From the IMG/VR virus record IMGVR_UViG_3300042866_001263: DNA of 64,000 nucleotides, one strand, 5' to 3'. This document shows, one piece after another, positions 54,400 through 63,556 of this stretch. This DNA is from a virus. Lineage: Duplodnaviria > Caudoviricetes. A model generated the notes under the pieces. It saw nothing but the letters and a program-made list of their open reading frames with translations. It made no database searches and was not told where the DNA came from. Positions within the stretch are counted from its first letter, which is position 1. The number at the start of each line of letters is the position of its first letter. The translations under genes and the position numbers were made by a program.

Positions 54400-55824
54400 A
54401 TGGCAGAATTTCAATCTACGACAGATTTTAAAATATCATCCATCAGCATAACATCTGCTGACGGAAAGAAGTCCTTTGACATTAAAAATCTCGTTCAGGT
54501 TTTTAATTATGTTGAAAGCACAAATTTTGCTTTTCTGATGGGAACGATGGCGGTTGTTGATAGTGGTGGTCTTATCAACTCTATGCCCATACAAGGTGGT
54601 GAAATAGTAAAGATAAAGATACAAACCAATACCAATCAGTCTGGTGAAGAATATTCATTGCGTGTATGGAAGATTGGAAATAGATATGTAAAAAATCAAG
54701 ATCAATCTTATACACTAGGATTAATTTCCGAAGAGGCATTAAACAATGAATGTGTAAGAGTTGAGGTCCCATTAAATGGAAAACCAGATGAAATTATCGC
54801 AAAACTCTTGAAAGAATACTTAAAGACAGGAAAGCAATTTAATACAGAACCATGTTTATTTGAAACAAAGTTAATCGCTTCTAGAAAAAGAGTTTTTGAT
54901 ATCGCAGCAATGTTGATGCCAAAATCTGTGCCATCATCACAAAAGAGCGTTTCCACTCCAACTTCATCTAAAAAAAGTTCTACGGCAACCGAAGGTCAGG
55001 AACAAACTGTGGGTGGAAGTGCTGGATTTTTCTTCTGGGAAAATAAGAGAGGATTTAATTTTTATTCTGTTGATACTCTTTGTTCTGATACTCCATCTGC
55101 CGAGTATAATGTTCAAACATGGGGTCCATATGTAGAAAAAATACTAAATCGAGATGATGGAGCAGATGATAGATTTACAATTAGTGAAATTACTTTTAAT
55201 TCGGAAGTGGATCTAATATCTGGATTGAGATTTGGTAAGTATTCTACTAAAATGTGCTTTTTTAACCATTCTACTGGTCAATATGATGAGTACGTTTACA
55301 ATATGAAGAATGCTTTTGATGATATGAAGCATTTGGGTAGTCAGGAAGAACCATCAACAGTAAGATTATCTGCTAATAAAACACTAGCAGATTATCCAAC
55401 TAAAATCATGTCCATGCTGTTGGATCATGAAACTTGGTACAACGAAGATAAACCAGCATCTCCCTACGAAAAGGATGGAGCAACAAATCCATCTCAATAT
55501 TCTGATAGACATTTAGAATATGCTGCTCAATCAAAAGCTAGATATGAGACATTATCAAATCAAAGTGTTACAATTGTTATACCAGGAAATTCTCAAATCT
55601 GTGCTGGTGATAAAATAGATATTCGTATCACAAATAAACAACCAAGCAAATTTGCTAAAGATGATCCATTTGATCCAGAATATAGTGGTGTATATCTAAT
55701 CATGGAAGTAACACATTCATATGATACTCTAGTTGGATCAAATGGTAGATTTACAACAACTCTTCGTCTTTCTAGAGATACTCATGGTGCAAAAGATCGC
55801 ATCTCTTATCACGGCACTAAATAA
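54400..55824 (+). CDS. Baseplate hub / tail protein (gp27-like)
   Basis: Position, plus FFFWENKRGFNF and PGNSQICAGD..YSGVYLI..TH motifs. Confidence 0.65.
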   Translation: MAEFQSTTDFKISSISITSADGKKSFDIKNLVQVFNYVESTNFAFLMGTMAVVDSGGLINSMPIQGGEIVKIKIQTNTNQSGEEYSLRVWKIGNRYVKNQDQSYTLGLISEEALNNECVRVEVPLNGKPDEIIAKLLKEYLKTGKQFNTEPCLFETKLIASRKRVFDIAAMLMPKSVPSSQKSVSTPTSSKKSSTATEGQEQTVGGSAGFFFWENKRGFNFYSVDTLCSDTPSAEYNVQTWGPYVEKILNRDDGADDRFTISEITFNSEVDLISGLRFGKYSTKMCFFNHSTGQYDEYVYNMKNAFDDMKHLGSQEEPSTVRLSANKTLADYPTKIMSMLLDHETWYNEDKPASPYEKDGATNPSQYSDRHLEYAAQSKARYETLSNQSVTIVIPGNSQICAGDKIDIRITNKQPSKFAKDDPFDPEYSGVYLIMEVTHSYDTLVGSNGRFTTTLRLSRDTHGAKDRISYHGTK

Positions 55825-55844
55825 TGTAACAGGAGGAAACTAAA

Positions 55845-56057
55845 ATGGAAAACATTGACGTACATATTCAACAAGATAAGAAAATTCTTGATGATCCACA
55901 GACATCCCCACAAGCTCGCAGGCATACACAAGAAGAACTTACCGCTCTAGAAGCATACAAAGAGCGTCATCCAAATGATGATCGTGATCCAACATCACTA
56001 GAACTTTTCTGTGATAGCAATCCAGGTGCTTTAGAATGTAGAGTATATGATGATTGA
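55845..56057 (+). CDS. cp12: Calvin-cycle inhibitor CP12 (phage type)
   Basis: C-terminal LELFCDSNPGALECRVYDD; SD AGGAGG. Confidence 0.88.
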   Translation: MENIDVHIQQDKKILDDPQTSPQARRHTQEELTALEAYKERHPNDDRDPTSLELFCDSNPGALECRVYDD

Positions 56058-58915
56058 GTAATATGGATCAATTATTATCTCAACTCATCCCAACACAGAG
56101 GATTGGCAACGATGGGTTTAATTGGTGGGTAGGTCAAGTAGAAGGAACTGCCGCTGATGAACCAAACAACAAAGGGGGAACTCGCTACAAGGTAAGAATT
56201 GTTGGTGAGCATCCCCAGAGTAAAGAGTTGCTTGATACTAAAGATCTGCCATGGGCAAATGTCATGATGCCCGTGACAGTTCCTTTCATGCCAGGAAATG
56301 AAGGTGGAGCAAATTCACAGTTAAAACCTGGATGCTGGGTTGTTGGATTTTACTTAGATCCAGAAAAACAAAAACCATTGATTATTGGATCAATTGGTCA
56401 AACTCCTGGTGCTACAACAATCGTTAAAAATGCTAGACCAGATGATCTACCATTTACAACCGCTATTCCATCAACTGTAAATCCAGCAACTGATGGACAA
56501 CCAGCTCCAGAAAATCCACAAGGCGGACAATCAGAAGAAACAAACAAAAGCACTGGTGGAATGCCAGATGGCACAACAGGAAAAGATGGAAAACCAAGAG
56601 TTCCTGTCAGTACAAGAAAAGAAGATGGTATAAACAGAGAAAATTGGTGTCAGACAGTAGCAGAGAAGTGCTCTAAAGAAGACATGAAAACAAAAGCAAC
56701 TAGCATATTAAGCGAGTTGTTTAATGAAATCAAAAACAATGGTGGAAACTTAGGATCTTATCTGGTCAATAAATCAACAGGAGCAGTTTATAGTAGTGTC
56801 AATATTGTAAGAAGATATGTCAATAAGTTTTTGACAGTAATTCGTCATTTCATCGCTAAGGTTAAAGGATTTATTATTGACAAATTAAAGGCAGCAGTCA
56901 ACGATTTAATTAAGGCGTTAATCTATCCATCAGAGGAAGGAAATGTCCTAACACCAGTAACTCAATGGTTCAATAATCTCCTCAAAGATCTCGGTTGTAG
57001 AATGGCAGATCTTGGAGATCGTTTGGCTGAGTGGTTGACAAACGTTCTAATGGATCTTGTTAATCAAATCTACAGATCTGTTGCTTGTCAGATTGATACT
57101 CTTGTAAATGGCATTCTTTCAAAGATTAACTCATTAATGAATGAACTTCTAGATGCTGTCTTGGGACCTCTACAAGAGGTTTTACAAGCAATTTCTGGAC
57201 CTCTGGATATTATTGGTGGAGCAATTAGTTTCGTTCTAAATCTTCTTGGTATTTCTTGTTCTGGTCCCGATCAAACATGCGCTAAATATAAGAGTGTTTG
57301 TGTTGATGGTAGTAAGAAGGAAGGAGAAAACGACGAAGACTTCTTGGATAACTTATTATCAAGTATTGACAACTTATTCCCAGCAACTGGTGCAGATTAT
57401 ACACAATATACATGTGCTGAGGCATATTCTGGTGGTCCTTTAGCAATCACGACGATTGGATTTACTGGTGGTGTTCCCATACCAACTGGCAGTGGATCAA
57501 CAACGGAAGCACTCAAGATTATCTACACAATTGATGATATTGATGTAGAAGAAGGAGACGAAGCTACATTTACAGTATCCAGATCTGGATATACCGAAGT
57601 TGCCTCTTCTGTAAATTATAAAACTCTAAAGAAAGGAACTGCTACACCAGGCGTAGATTATTATTCCGACGAGGGAATTCTCGGATTTGCTCCAAATGAA
57701 ACACAAAAGCAAATCAAAGTTAAAACATTCTACAATGTTCAATCAGAGGGAGATGAAGATTTCTTCGTATTTCTCTCATTAAATACTCCAACTCCATCTG
57801 GCGGAGTAAAAACAAATTTCTCTAAAAATATTGGAAGATGTCGTATTGTAGAGAGAAATATTTTAGAACCAGGAAATCCATATACTCCAAAGGATGTAAA
57901 TCCTTTTGGGACACTACCAAATGTATTTCCGCCAGATCAAGTTGATGTATTGGATGATGGTCCTGGTACTAAAGATCCTTCCCAATCAAATAGTGAACTG
58001 ACGCCATCGTACAGAGTTACTTCTGATAGAAGCACTGTAAGGGAAGGTGAATTTGTCATCTATACTATCAGCACAACGAATGTGAAAAATGGTACGATTG
58101 GTTATTATACGTTATCTGGCAATGGAATAACACCAGCAGATATTATTGGCAACAAACTTACAGGAAGTTTTGTTGTAAACAATAATGCCGCTTTTGTGAC
58201 AGTTGGAATTGAAGAAGATAATACACCAGAGGATACAGAAACATTAACATTTACAATCAACGGCACAGGAGCTGCTGTAAGTGTTCTGATTGTTCCTGAT
58301 GATGGAGAAGGAGCAAATCTTGATGATTACGATATATCAATTGGCGACAGTTTGGATACTGTCTTCTCTGGATTTAAGCCACCAACTGTAATTCCATCTA
58401 AGATTATAACAGATGGTAATGGTGGAATTATTGAGATACCTATTGACAATCCTGGTTCTCCATGGGCAGAACCACCATATGTGTTTGTTGGTGGATCTGG
58501 AATTGGAGCCACTGCTACAGCACTATTAGATCAAGATGGTTTCCTCACAGAAATACGTGTAAAATCTAGTGGATATGGTTACAAGAAAAATCTAGCAACT
58601 GATAATGATGTTCGTTGTATTATTGATGCCTTTACTGTTATTAGACCAGGAATTGGATATACTGAAATTCCAGATCTTTACATTAATGGGGAACTTGGAG
58701 TTGCTGAAGCATTGATTGACGATAATGGTTTCGTAATTGGAGCAAGAATTTTAGATAGACAAAGAACATTTGACGAATTCCCTGAGATTATTGTTGTAGG
58801 TGGCGGTGGATATGGAGCAAAACTTCTTCCATCTCTTGCTTGCCTAGATACAGAAGCACTATCTACTATTGGTTCTACTAAGATTGGAACTGGACGTTAC
58901 GTTGATTGCCCATGA
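56054..58915 (+). CDS. gp5: Baseplate hub/spike gp5-like protein, N-terminal OB fold plus Calx-beta-like domains
   Basis: FNWWVGQVE..RYKVRIVG..DLPWA..GCWVVGFYLD; EGDEATFTV..GVDY..EGDEDFFV. Confidence 0.8.
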   Translation: MSNMDQLLSQLIPTQRIGNDGFNWWVGQVEGTAADEPNNKGGTRYKVRIVGEHPQSKELLDTKDLPWANVMMPVTVPFMPGNEGGANSQLKPGCWVVGFYLDPEKQKPLIIGSIGQTPGATTIVKNARPDDLPFTTAIPSTVNPATDGQPAPENPQGGQSEETNKSTGGMPDGTTGKDGKPRVPVSTRKEDGINRENWCQTVAEKCSKEDMKTKATSILSELFNEIKNNGGNLGSYLVNKSTGAVYSSVNIVRRYVNKFLTVIRHFIAKVKGFIIDKLKAAVNDLIKALIYPSEEGNVLTPVTQWFNNLLKDLGCRMADLGDRLAEWLTNVLMDLVNQIYRSVACQIDTLVNGILSKINSLMNELLDAVLGPLQEVLQAISGPLDIIGGAISFVLNLLGISCSGPDQTCAKYKSVCVDGSKKEGENDEDFLDNLLSSIDNLFPATGADYTQYTCAEAYSGGPLAITTIGFTGGVPIPTGSGSTTEALKIIYTIDDIDVEEGDEATFTVSRSGYTEVASSVNYKTLKKGTATPGVDYYSDEGILGFAPNETQKQIKVKTFYNVQSEGDEDFFVFLSLNTPTPSGGVKTNFSKNIGRCRIVERNILEPGNPYTPKDVNPFGTLPNVFPPDQVDVLDDGPGTKDPSQSNSELTPSYRVTSDRSTVREGEFVIYTISTTNVKNGTIGYYTLSGNGITPADIIGNKLTGSFVVNNNAAFVTVGIEEDNTPEDTETLTFTINGTGAAVSVLIVPDDGEGANLDDYDISIGDSLDTVFSGFKPPTVIPSKIITDGNGGIIEIPIDNPGSPWAEPPYVFVGGSGIGATATALLDQDGFLTEIRVKSSGYGYKKNLATDNDVRCIIDAFTVIRPGIGYTEIPDLYINGELGVAEALIDDNGFVIGARILDRQRTFDEFPEIIVVGGGGYGAKLLPSLACLDTEALSTIGSTKIGTGRYVDCP

Positions 58916-59952
58916 CAAAATATTCTTATGCTGCCAGTAAAAGAGTATATGATACCTTATACGCAAATGGTCCAGCAAAACCAACCACACCAGACGAAAC
59001 TCAACAGCTAGATAAAGCACCAAGATACAATACTTGGTACAAAGGTGCTTTAACTAGGTCAGAGATCTATGAAAGAATGTTTCCTGATGGTCAGACTTGT
59101 GCTCTACGCATTGATGGACCTAGTGATGGATTTATCACATTTGATAATACTGGAAGCATTAAAATCGTAACTGGAATACATGATCCAGAGATTGGCGCTG
59201 GCAGTGGAAAATTAGCAATTAGAACCCATGGTCAGCAGCAACAGCATCTTGAAAGAACAGATATTGAATACAGCGCAGGAACAGATGGTGAAGGTCAGGC
59301 GCTGAATATCATTGCTTATGGTGATGTTGTTGAAAGTGCTACTGGAAGTGAGAGGCATATTTACGCACAAAAAATTATTATATCCGCTGCTGAAGAATTA
59401 ATTATAGCAGGACAGACAGTAAAAATTCAAGCTAACAATGGTGCTGGTACTATTGAATTATATGCTGGAAGTGTAGAAAAAACAACTACCAATGATAAGG
59501 AAGTTGTGACAGGTCAAAAGATGACCTTTGGAGCATCCGAGACTACTAATCTACAATTTGATCCTCGTGCTTCTGTCAATTGGATATCACCTGGGCATGT
59601 AAATTGGAAGATACTTGGGGATTATCAGCAGTGGGTTGGTGGGGCGTCTCAACAAGTTATTGCTGGTGGAAAACCAGTTCCTCCACTAATTAAAGATAGA
59701 TCCGAAACATATCAGGTTAGCACCCTTCTTGGTGGTATTAGATTTACTGCTGCTACAGAAGATATCACATTTGCTGCAACAACTGGTGGATTTTATGGTT
59801 ATAGCGTTACTGGTATTGATCTTGCATCTACTACTGGAGATATTCTAATCAGTTCTGGTGCTGGAAGTATTGATATTATCTCTGGAGCTAATGTTAACAT
59901 CACTGCTACTGCAAATGTTGCTATTCAAGGTGCTTTAATTCTTCTCAACTAA
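58912..59952 (+). CDS. gp5 C-terminal spike-like beta-repeat protein
   Basis: Coupled to gp5; repetitive beta-strand C-terminus ending IQGALILLN. Confidence 0.65.
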   Translation: MTKYSYAASKRVYDTLYANGPAKPTTPDETQQLDKAPRYNTWYKGALTRSEIYERMFPDGQTCALRIDGPSDGFITFDNTGSIKIVTGIHDPEIGAGSGKLAIRTHGQQQQHLERTDIEYSAGTDGEGQALNIIAYGDVVESATGSERHIYAQKIIISAAEELIIAGQTVKIQANNGAGTIELYAGSVEKTTTNDKEVVTGQKMTFGASETTNLQFDPRASVNWISPGHVNWKILGDYQQWVGGASQQVIAGGKPVPPLIKDRSETYQVSTLLGGIRFTAATEDITFAATTGGFYGYSVTGIDLASTTGDILISSGAGSIDIISGANVNITATANVAIQGALILLN

Positions 59953-59977
59953 ATATACCAGTAGTGAAGGGGTTTTT

Positions 59978-60304
59978 ATGCTATCTACCCAATATCGTCT
60001 TCGCTTAGAAGCGATCTGTGACAAGATTATAGCACAAGAAGGAGTGAGTTTGGAAGATATGATATGGGCAGAAAAGTTAGCAAAATCCAATAGATCAGCA
60101 GCAACAATTCTCCGTCAAGCAAGAAGAAAAGCAGAAAATCCTGACATGGTTGAGGGAGATATGGATGACTTCTTAAACCAACTTGATATTGGTGGGATTG
60201 GTCACGAAGCAAAAGGTATTGCTCGTTTCAATTCTGTAGATGAAATTGTTGATTTCTTCACAGATGACAGAGACAAACCCGAAGACTGGCGCCAAAGGGA
60301 TTGA
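59978..60304 (+). CDS. Conserved cyanophage hypothetical protein
   Basis: MLSTQYRLRLEAIC..DMIWAEKL. Confidence 0.65.
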   Translation: MLSTQYRLRLEAICDKIIAQEGVSLEDMIWAEKLAKSNRSAATILRQARRKAENPDMVEGDMDDFLNQLDIGGIGHEAKGIARFNSVDEIVDFFTDDRDKPEDWRQRD

Positions 60305-60329
60305 CAGAACCTCAGAAAACGAGTAGGAT
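60301..60329 (+). promoter_or_regulatory. Sigma70-type promoter
   Basis: TTGACA-17-TAGGAT. Confidence 0.6.
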
Positions 60330-60355
60330 AACTCTGTTCACGGTTCGGGTAAGTA

Positions 60356-60559
60356 ATGGCTTTAGGAAAACAAGTTCAAGAGAGCCTTAAAGAGGCAGAA
60401 GCTTCTTTACGTAATGCTCTCGCTTTTGCTGCTAGGCAAGAACGACCAGTAGTATGCAGTCAAATCGCTAAGTTGATTAACGAGATTGACCATATCGGAT
60501 CATTTGATGGTATAATGGATAAGTTAGAGGAGATGACTAATGACAAAGAAAAATTTTAA
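60356..60559 (+). CDS. Small hypothetical protein
   Basis: SLRNALAFAARQERP. Confidence 0.6.
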   Translation: MALGKQVQESLKEAEASLRNALAFAARQERPVVCSQIAKLINEIDHIGSFDGIMDKLEEMTNDKEKF

Positions 60560-60680
60560 GCGCATCGACAGCAAAGGTCATGAGGAAATTTGGGAATGGG
60601 ATGAGACGCCTGAGCTCAAAGCATTCATCAAGTCCCAGACCACTTCAAAAATTGTCACACCCCCTGTGCGCCCTACATAG
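60540..60680 (+). CDS. 46-aa hypothetical protein, not in track
   Basis: MTKKNFKRIDSKGHEEIWEWDETPEL..; SD GAGGAG upstream. Confidence 0.5.
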   Translation: MTKKNFKRIDSKGHEEIWEWDETPELKAFIKSQTTSKIVTPPVRPT

Positions 60681-60716
60681 TATGTGCTATAATTACTAGG
60701 TAATCGAGACGAGACG

Positions 60717-60845
60717 ATGACTACGCTTCCAAACTGGCAACACCACTCCAATAAAGAGCAGAAGCGTAGTCTGAAACCTCAGGCATTACGCCAAGCAAAG
60801 AAACGCAAGCAGGCATTAAAAGCGAAACTATTAGTGCGAATATGA
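60717..60845 (+). CDS. 42-aa basic protein, not in track
   Basis: MTTLPNWQHHSNKEQKRSLKPQALRQAKKRKQALK.. Confidence 0.55.
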   Translation: MTTLPNWQHHSNKEQKRSLKPQALRQAKKRKQALKAKLLVRI

Positions 60846-60871
60846 TACCCTTATAGATGATATCCCTTTGC

Positions 60872-60943
60872 GGGAGTGTCGCCTATGGGTTAAGGCCATC
60901 GCCTTATAAGCGGTAGAACTGGGTTCAAGTCCCAGCATTCCCA
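60872..60943 (+). tRNA. trnI: tRNA-Ile(UAU)
   Basis: ATCGC-CTTATAA-GCGGT; acceptor GGGAGTG/CATTCCC. Confidence 0.85.
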
Positions 60944-60995
60944 TTAGTTAGAGCAGTCGTATAAATAGTATTGATCTAACTAACTAATTAAAAAA

Positions 60996-61373
60996 ATGAT
61001 TGGTAAGTGTGTAACCTGCGAAAAAGAGTTCAAGTATATGCCGTCACAATCGACAGGTAAATACTGCTCTCGCAAATGTCAGCAAGACAACCAAGATCGT
61101 AAATATATTACAGAATGGTTGAACGGCACAAAATCTGGTATAATAAGGGGTAACTCACTCTCTGGTTATGTTAGAAGGCATTTGCTAGAAGAAGCAGAAT
61201 ACAAGTGCTCTCAGTGTAGTTGGTCTGGTGTTAATCCAGTTTCTGGTAATACAACATTAGAAATTGACCACATCGATGGCAATAGAAAAAATGCCAGTAA
61301 AGACAATCTTAGAGTATTATGTCCTAACTGTCATTCGCTAACGCCCACTTATCGAGCATTAAACATCAAGTAG
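60996..61373 (+). CDS. HNH endonuclease inside the tRNA array
   Basis: CSQC..LEIDHIDGNRKN..NLRVLCPNCHS; N-terminal CxxC..YCSRKC. Confidence 0.9.
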   Translation: MIGKCVTCEKEFKYMPSQSTGKYCSRKCQQDNQDRKYITEWLNGTKSGIIRGNSLSGYVRRHLLEEAEYKCSQCSWSGVNPVSGNTTLEIDHIDGNRKNASKDNLRVLCPNCHSLTPTYRALNIK

Positions 61374-61445
61374 CTCCTTTAGCAATCTGGCGAATGCACC
61401 GAACTCATAATTCGGCTAAGGTGGGTTCGATCCCCTCAAGGAGCA
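61373..61445 (+). tRNA. tRNA with CAU anticodon (elongator Met or lysidine Ile2)
   Basis: CCGAA-CTCATAA-TTCGG; no initiator GGG/CCC stem. Confidence 0.85.
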
Positions 61446-61450
61446 CCTAC

Positions 61451-61523
61451 GCCCGTGTAGTCCAGCGGAAGAGACAGAGGACTTAAAATCCTTCCAGGGT
61501 CGGTTCGAATCCGACCACGGGCA
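61451..61523 (+). tRNA. trnL: tRNA with UAA anticodon (Leu) and a short variable loop
   Basis: GAGGA-CTTAAAA-TCCTT; 5-nt variable region; 73 nt. Confidence 0.85.
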
Positions 61524-61567
61524 TTCCTGTGTAAATAGTAACAGGAAATTTTGAGAGATCAAATGTA

Positions 61568-61849
61568 ATGACAACAATTAAGTACACCATCACTCGAAAG
61601 CATGTCTTTGTTGACAACGAACCAGTGTTGATGTATTATATTGAAAATATGCCATTCGCATTTGATCTTTTAGATCAAGATGAAAAACATGACAAATGGA
61701 TTTTGGCTGAAGCAGCACTAAATCAAGAATATACTATGGAAGATATCTTCCGTTATTCTGACTATCTTATCGCTGAAGAATGCCACCCAGTTTTGTTTGA
61801 ATTGCCCTTAGTTAATCCTGAAGTTTTGCCAGATGAACCAGTTTCTTGA
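61568..61849 (+). CDS. Conserved hypothetical protein
   Basis: ORF with late promoter GTAAATA about 61531-61537. Confidence 0.6.
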   Translation: MTTIKYTITRKHVFVDNEPVLMYYIENMPFAFDLLDQDEKHDKWILAEAALNQEYTMEDIFRYSDYLIAEECHPVLFELPLVNPEVLPDEPVS

Positions 61850-62357
61850 ATACCTTGAAGGCACCTTTGCTAACAAACATCAAGCACAGTCTCATCCTAC
61901 TCGTTATGCTCACATTCGTGTAAGTCATCGTCGTATTGGTGAGAAACGGTTTTATGGTGAACAGGCATATAACTATCTTCTAAATAACCCATATCGTCAG
62001 TTTGTAATTGACGTTGAGGTTGAGAAGGGGCAATTTCGTCTCAAAAATTATGAGATTGAAGATCCTAAACGTTTTGCGGAATGTAAAGATCTCGAACTCA
62101 TTACGGACGACATCTTGACATATCGCCAGGGTTGCGATATAATTATTACACAGACTGGACCAGAAATGTTCCAGGGTGGTACATCTACTTGTGAGTGTTG
62201 GGTTGATTGGCAAGGCATAAAAACCTATGTTCAAAATGAAGTCACACTCACAAAAGATGAATACCATGTAGTTGATAAAGGACTACATGCTGAAACCCAC
62301 GAAAAGATTTGGGGTTCCGATTGGGGAGCGTTCAAATTTGTTAGAATGCCCTTGTAG
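61833..62357 (+). CDS. cpcT: T-type phycobiliprotein lyase (CpcT/CpeT)
   Basis: GTFANKHQA, EQAY..PYRQ, GCDI, DKG..IWGS..FKF. Confidence 0.85.
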   Translation: MNQFLEYLEGTFANKHQAQSHPTRYAHIRVSHRRIGEKRFYGEQAYNYLLNNPYRQFVIDVEVEKGQFRLKNYEIEDPKRFAECKDLELITDDILTYRQGCDIIITQTGPEMFQGGTSTCECWVDWQGIKTYVQNEVTLTKDEYHVVDKGLHAETHEKIWGSDWGAFKFVRMPL

Positions 62358-62419
62358 CTCAGTGGTAGAGCAGCGGTTTTGTAAACCGCTGGTCGTCTGT
62401 TCGAATCAGATCGGGGGCT
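62348..62419 (+). tRNA. trnT: tRNA-Thr(UGU)
   Basis: GCGGT-TTTGTAA-ACCGC. Confidence 0.92.
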
Positions 62420-62422
62420 CTT

Positions 62423-62587
62423 GAAAGGACTGGAAATATTCGGTTCTTTCTCGAAATCCTAAGTTTTCTTAGGTCGGGGATTTGATCACCCCCGCTCGTA
62501 GGAACCAAAACCTCTCCTTGGTCTTAGTATTCTGTGTCCAAGTGAAGTAAAGAGGGGGGCTTAAGGTGATGCTCCCCCCTCCTACCA
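62423..62587 (+). ncRNA. Unassigned multi-stem RNA between tRNA-Thr and tRNA-Ala
   Basis: Six complementary stems; the last domain is closed by GTAGGA/TCCTAC and ends in CA. Confidence 0.45.
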
Positions 62588-62590
62588 TTA

Positions 62591-62663
62591 GGGGAATTAG
62601 CTCAGTTGGTAGAGCACCTGCTTTGCAAGCAGGCTGTCAGGAGTTCGAGTCTCCTATTCTCCA
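62591..62663 (+). tRNA. trnA: tRNA-Ala(UGC)
   Basis: CCTGC-TTTGCAA-GCAGG. Confidence 0.95.
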
Positions 62664-62682
62664 TGAGTTTACTATAACTCTT

Positions 62683-62838
62683 ATGTCTCTCATTTCAAAA
62701 CCTGACCGAGATCTCGCCATCGAGGCGCTAGATTTTTACCTTTTCAATAAACAGTATGACATCAGTGAAACAAAAAGAATGGAAATCAACGCCCTTCTTA
62801 ATTGGCTCAAACTGGAAAATTTCAAACATGAAAATTAA
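62683..62838 (+). CDS. Small hypothetical protein
   Basis: ATG 62683 (MSLISKPDR); the tracked start runs through tRNA-Ala. Confidence 0.55.
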   Translation: MSLISKPDRDLAIEALDFYLFNKQYDISETKRMEINALLNWLKLENFKHEN

Positions 62839-62998
62839 TCTCTGGTATTGCGTTGAAATGAAGCAATGGCGCTGGTCTCTTACAGATGATCATCGTCCGA
62901 TTGTTCGCCAAGAAAGCGGACAACGACCACATCTACGTGATGCTATGAATGACATAGCAAATACTGTAGAATATATGATGGACAGTCAACAGTCCTGA
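62828..62998 (+). CDS. Small hypothetical protein
   Basis: ATG 62828 (MKINLWYC..QWRWSL). Confidence 0.55.
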   Translation: MKINLWYCVEMKQWRWSLTDDHRPIVRQESGQRPHLRDAMNDIANTVEYMMDSQQS

Positions 62999-63006
62999 TT
63001 TTTCAT

Positions 63007-63078
63007 TCCCCTATAGCTCAACGGCAGAGCAGAGAGCTGTTAACTCTAAGGTTCCTCGTTCGAATCGAGGTGGGGGAG
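63007..63078 (+). tRNA. trnN: tRNA-Asn(GUU)
   Basis: Loop CTGTTAA. Confidence 0.92.
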
Positions 63079-63081
63079 TTT

Positions 63082-63163
63082 GGGTAGGTGTCCGAGTGGT
63101 TAATGGAAACGGACTGTAAATCCGTCGGCTCCGCCTTCGGGGGTTCGAATCCCTCCCTGCCCA
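63082..63163 (+). tRNA. trnY: tRNA-Tyr(GUA)
   Basis: ACGGA-CTGTAAA-TCCGT, long arm. Confidence 0.92.
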
Positions 63164-63351
63164 TATAAATATACACACAATGGTGAACATCATGTCTAAC
63201 TTCAGCAAGCAAATTGAGATTAAGATTAGCGATTGCCGCCAGGATATCGCCAAATCCCTCCTGCTTGCTAATATGTAACAATCGATACATAAGCAAGATT
63301 TATCAGGGGGGCAGTTGACAAAACCGCCCCCCTATTTTATTGTAGATACAT

Positions 63352-63385
63352 CGGTGGGGGATCCACCACGGTGGGGGATCCACCA
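63352..63385 (+). repeat. Perfect 17-bp tandem duplication CGGTGGGGGATCCACCA
   Basis: Read directly. Confidence 0.9.
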
Positions 63386-63408
63386 GCACCTTGAAAATTT
63401 AATCTCAT

Positions 63409-63481
63409 GGGTCTGTAACTCAGTTGGTAGAGTAGCGGGCTTTTAACCTGTAAGTCGTCGGTTCGAGCCCGACCAGACCCA
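63409..63481 (+). tRNA. trnK: tRNA-Lys(UUU)
   Basis: Loop CTTTTAA. Confidence 0.93.
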
Positions 63482-63484
63482 TTT

Positions 63485-63556
63485 GACCCTATAGTGAAGC
63501 GGTTATCACGCCACCCTGTCACGGTGGTATCACGAGTTCAAATCTCGTTAGGGTCG
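63485..63556 (+). tRNA. trnD: tRNA-Asp(GUC)
   Basis: CCACC-CTGTCAC-GGTGG. Confidence 0.93.

Noticed and set aside
62566-63522. ORFs running through tRNA genes (62566 extension, 63011-63253, 63018-63296, 63337-63522; also 23932-24129, 24977-25189)
   Set aside because: They are translations of tRNA or ncRNA sequence.
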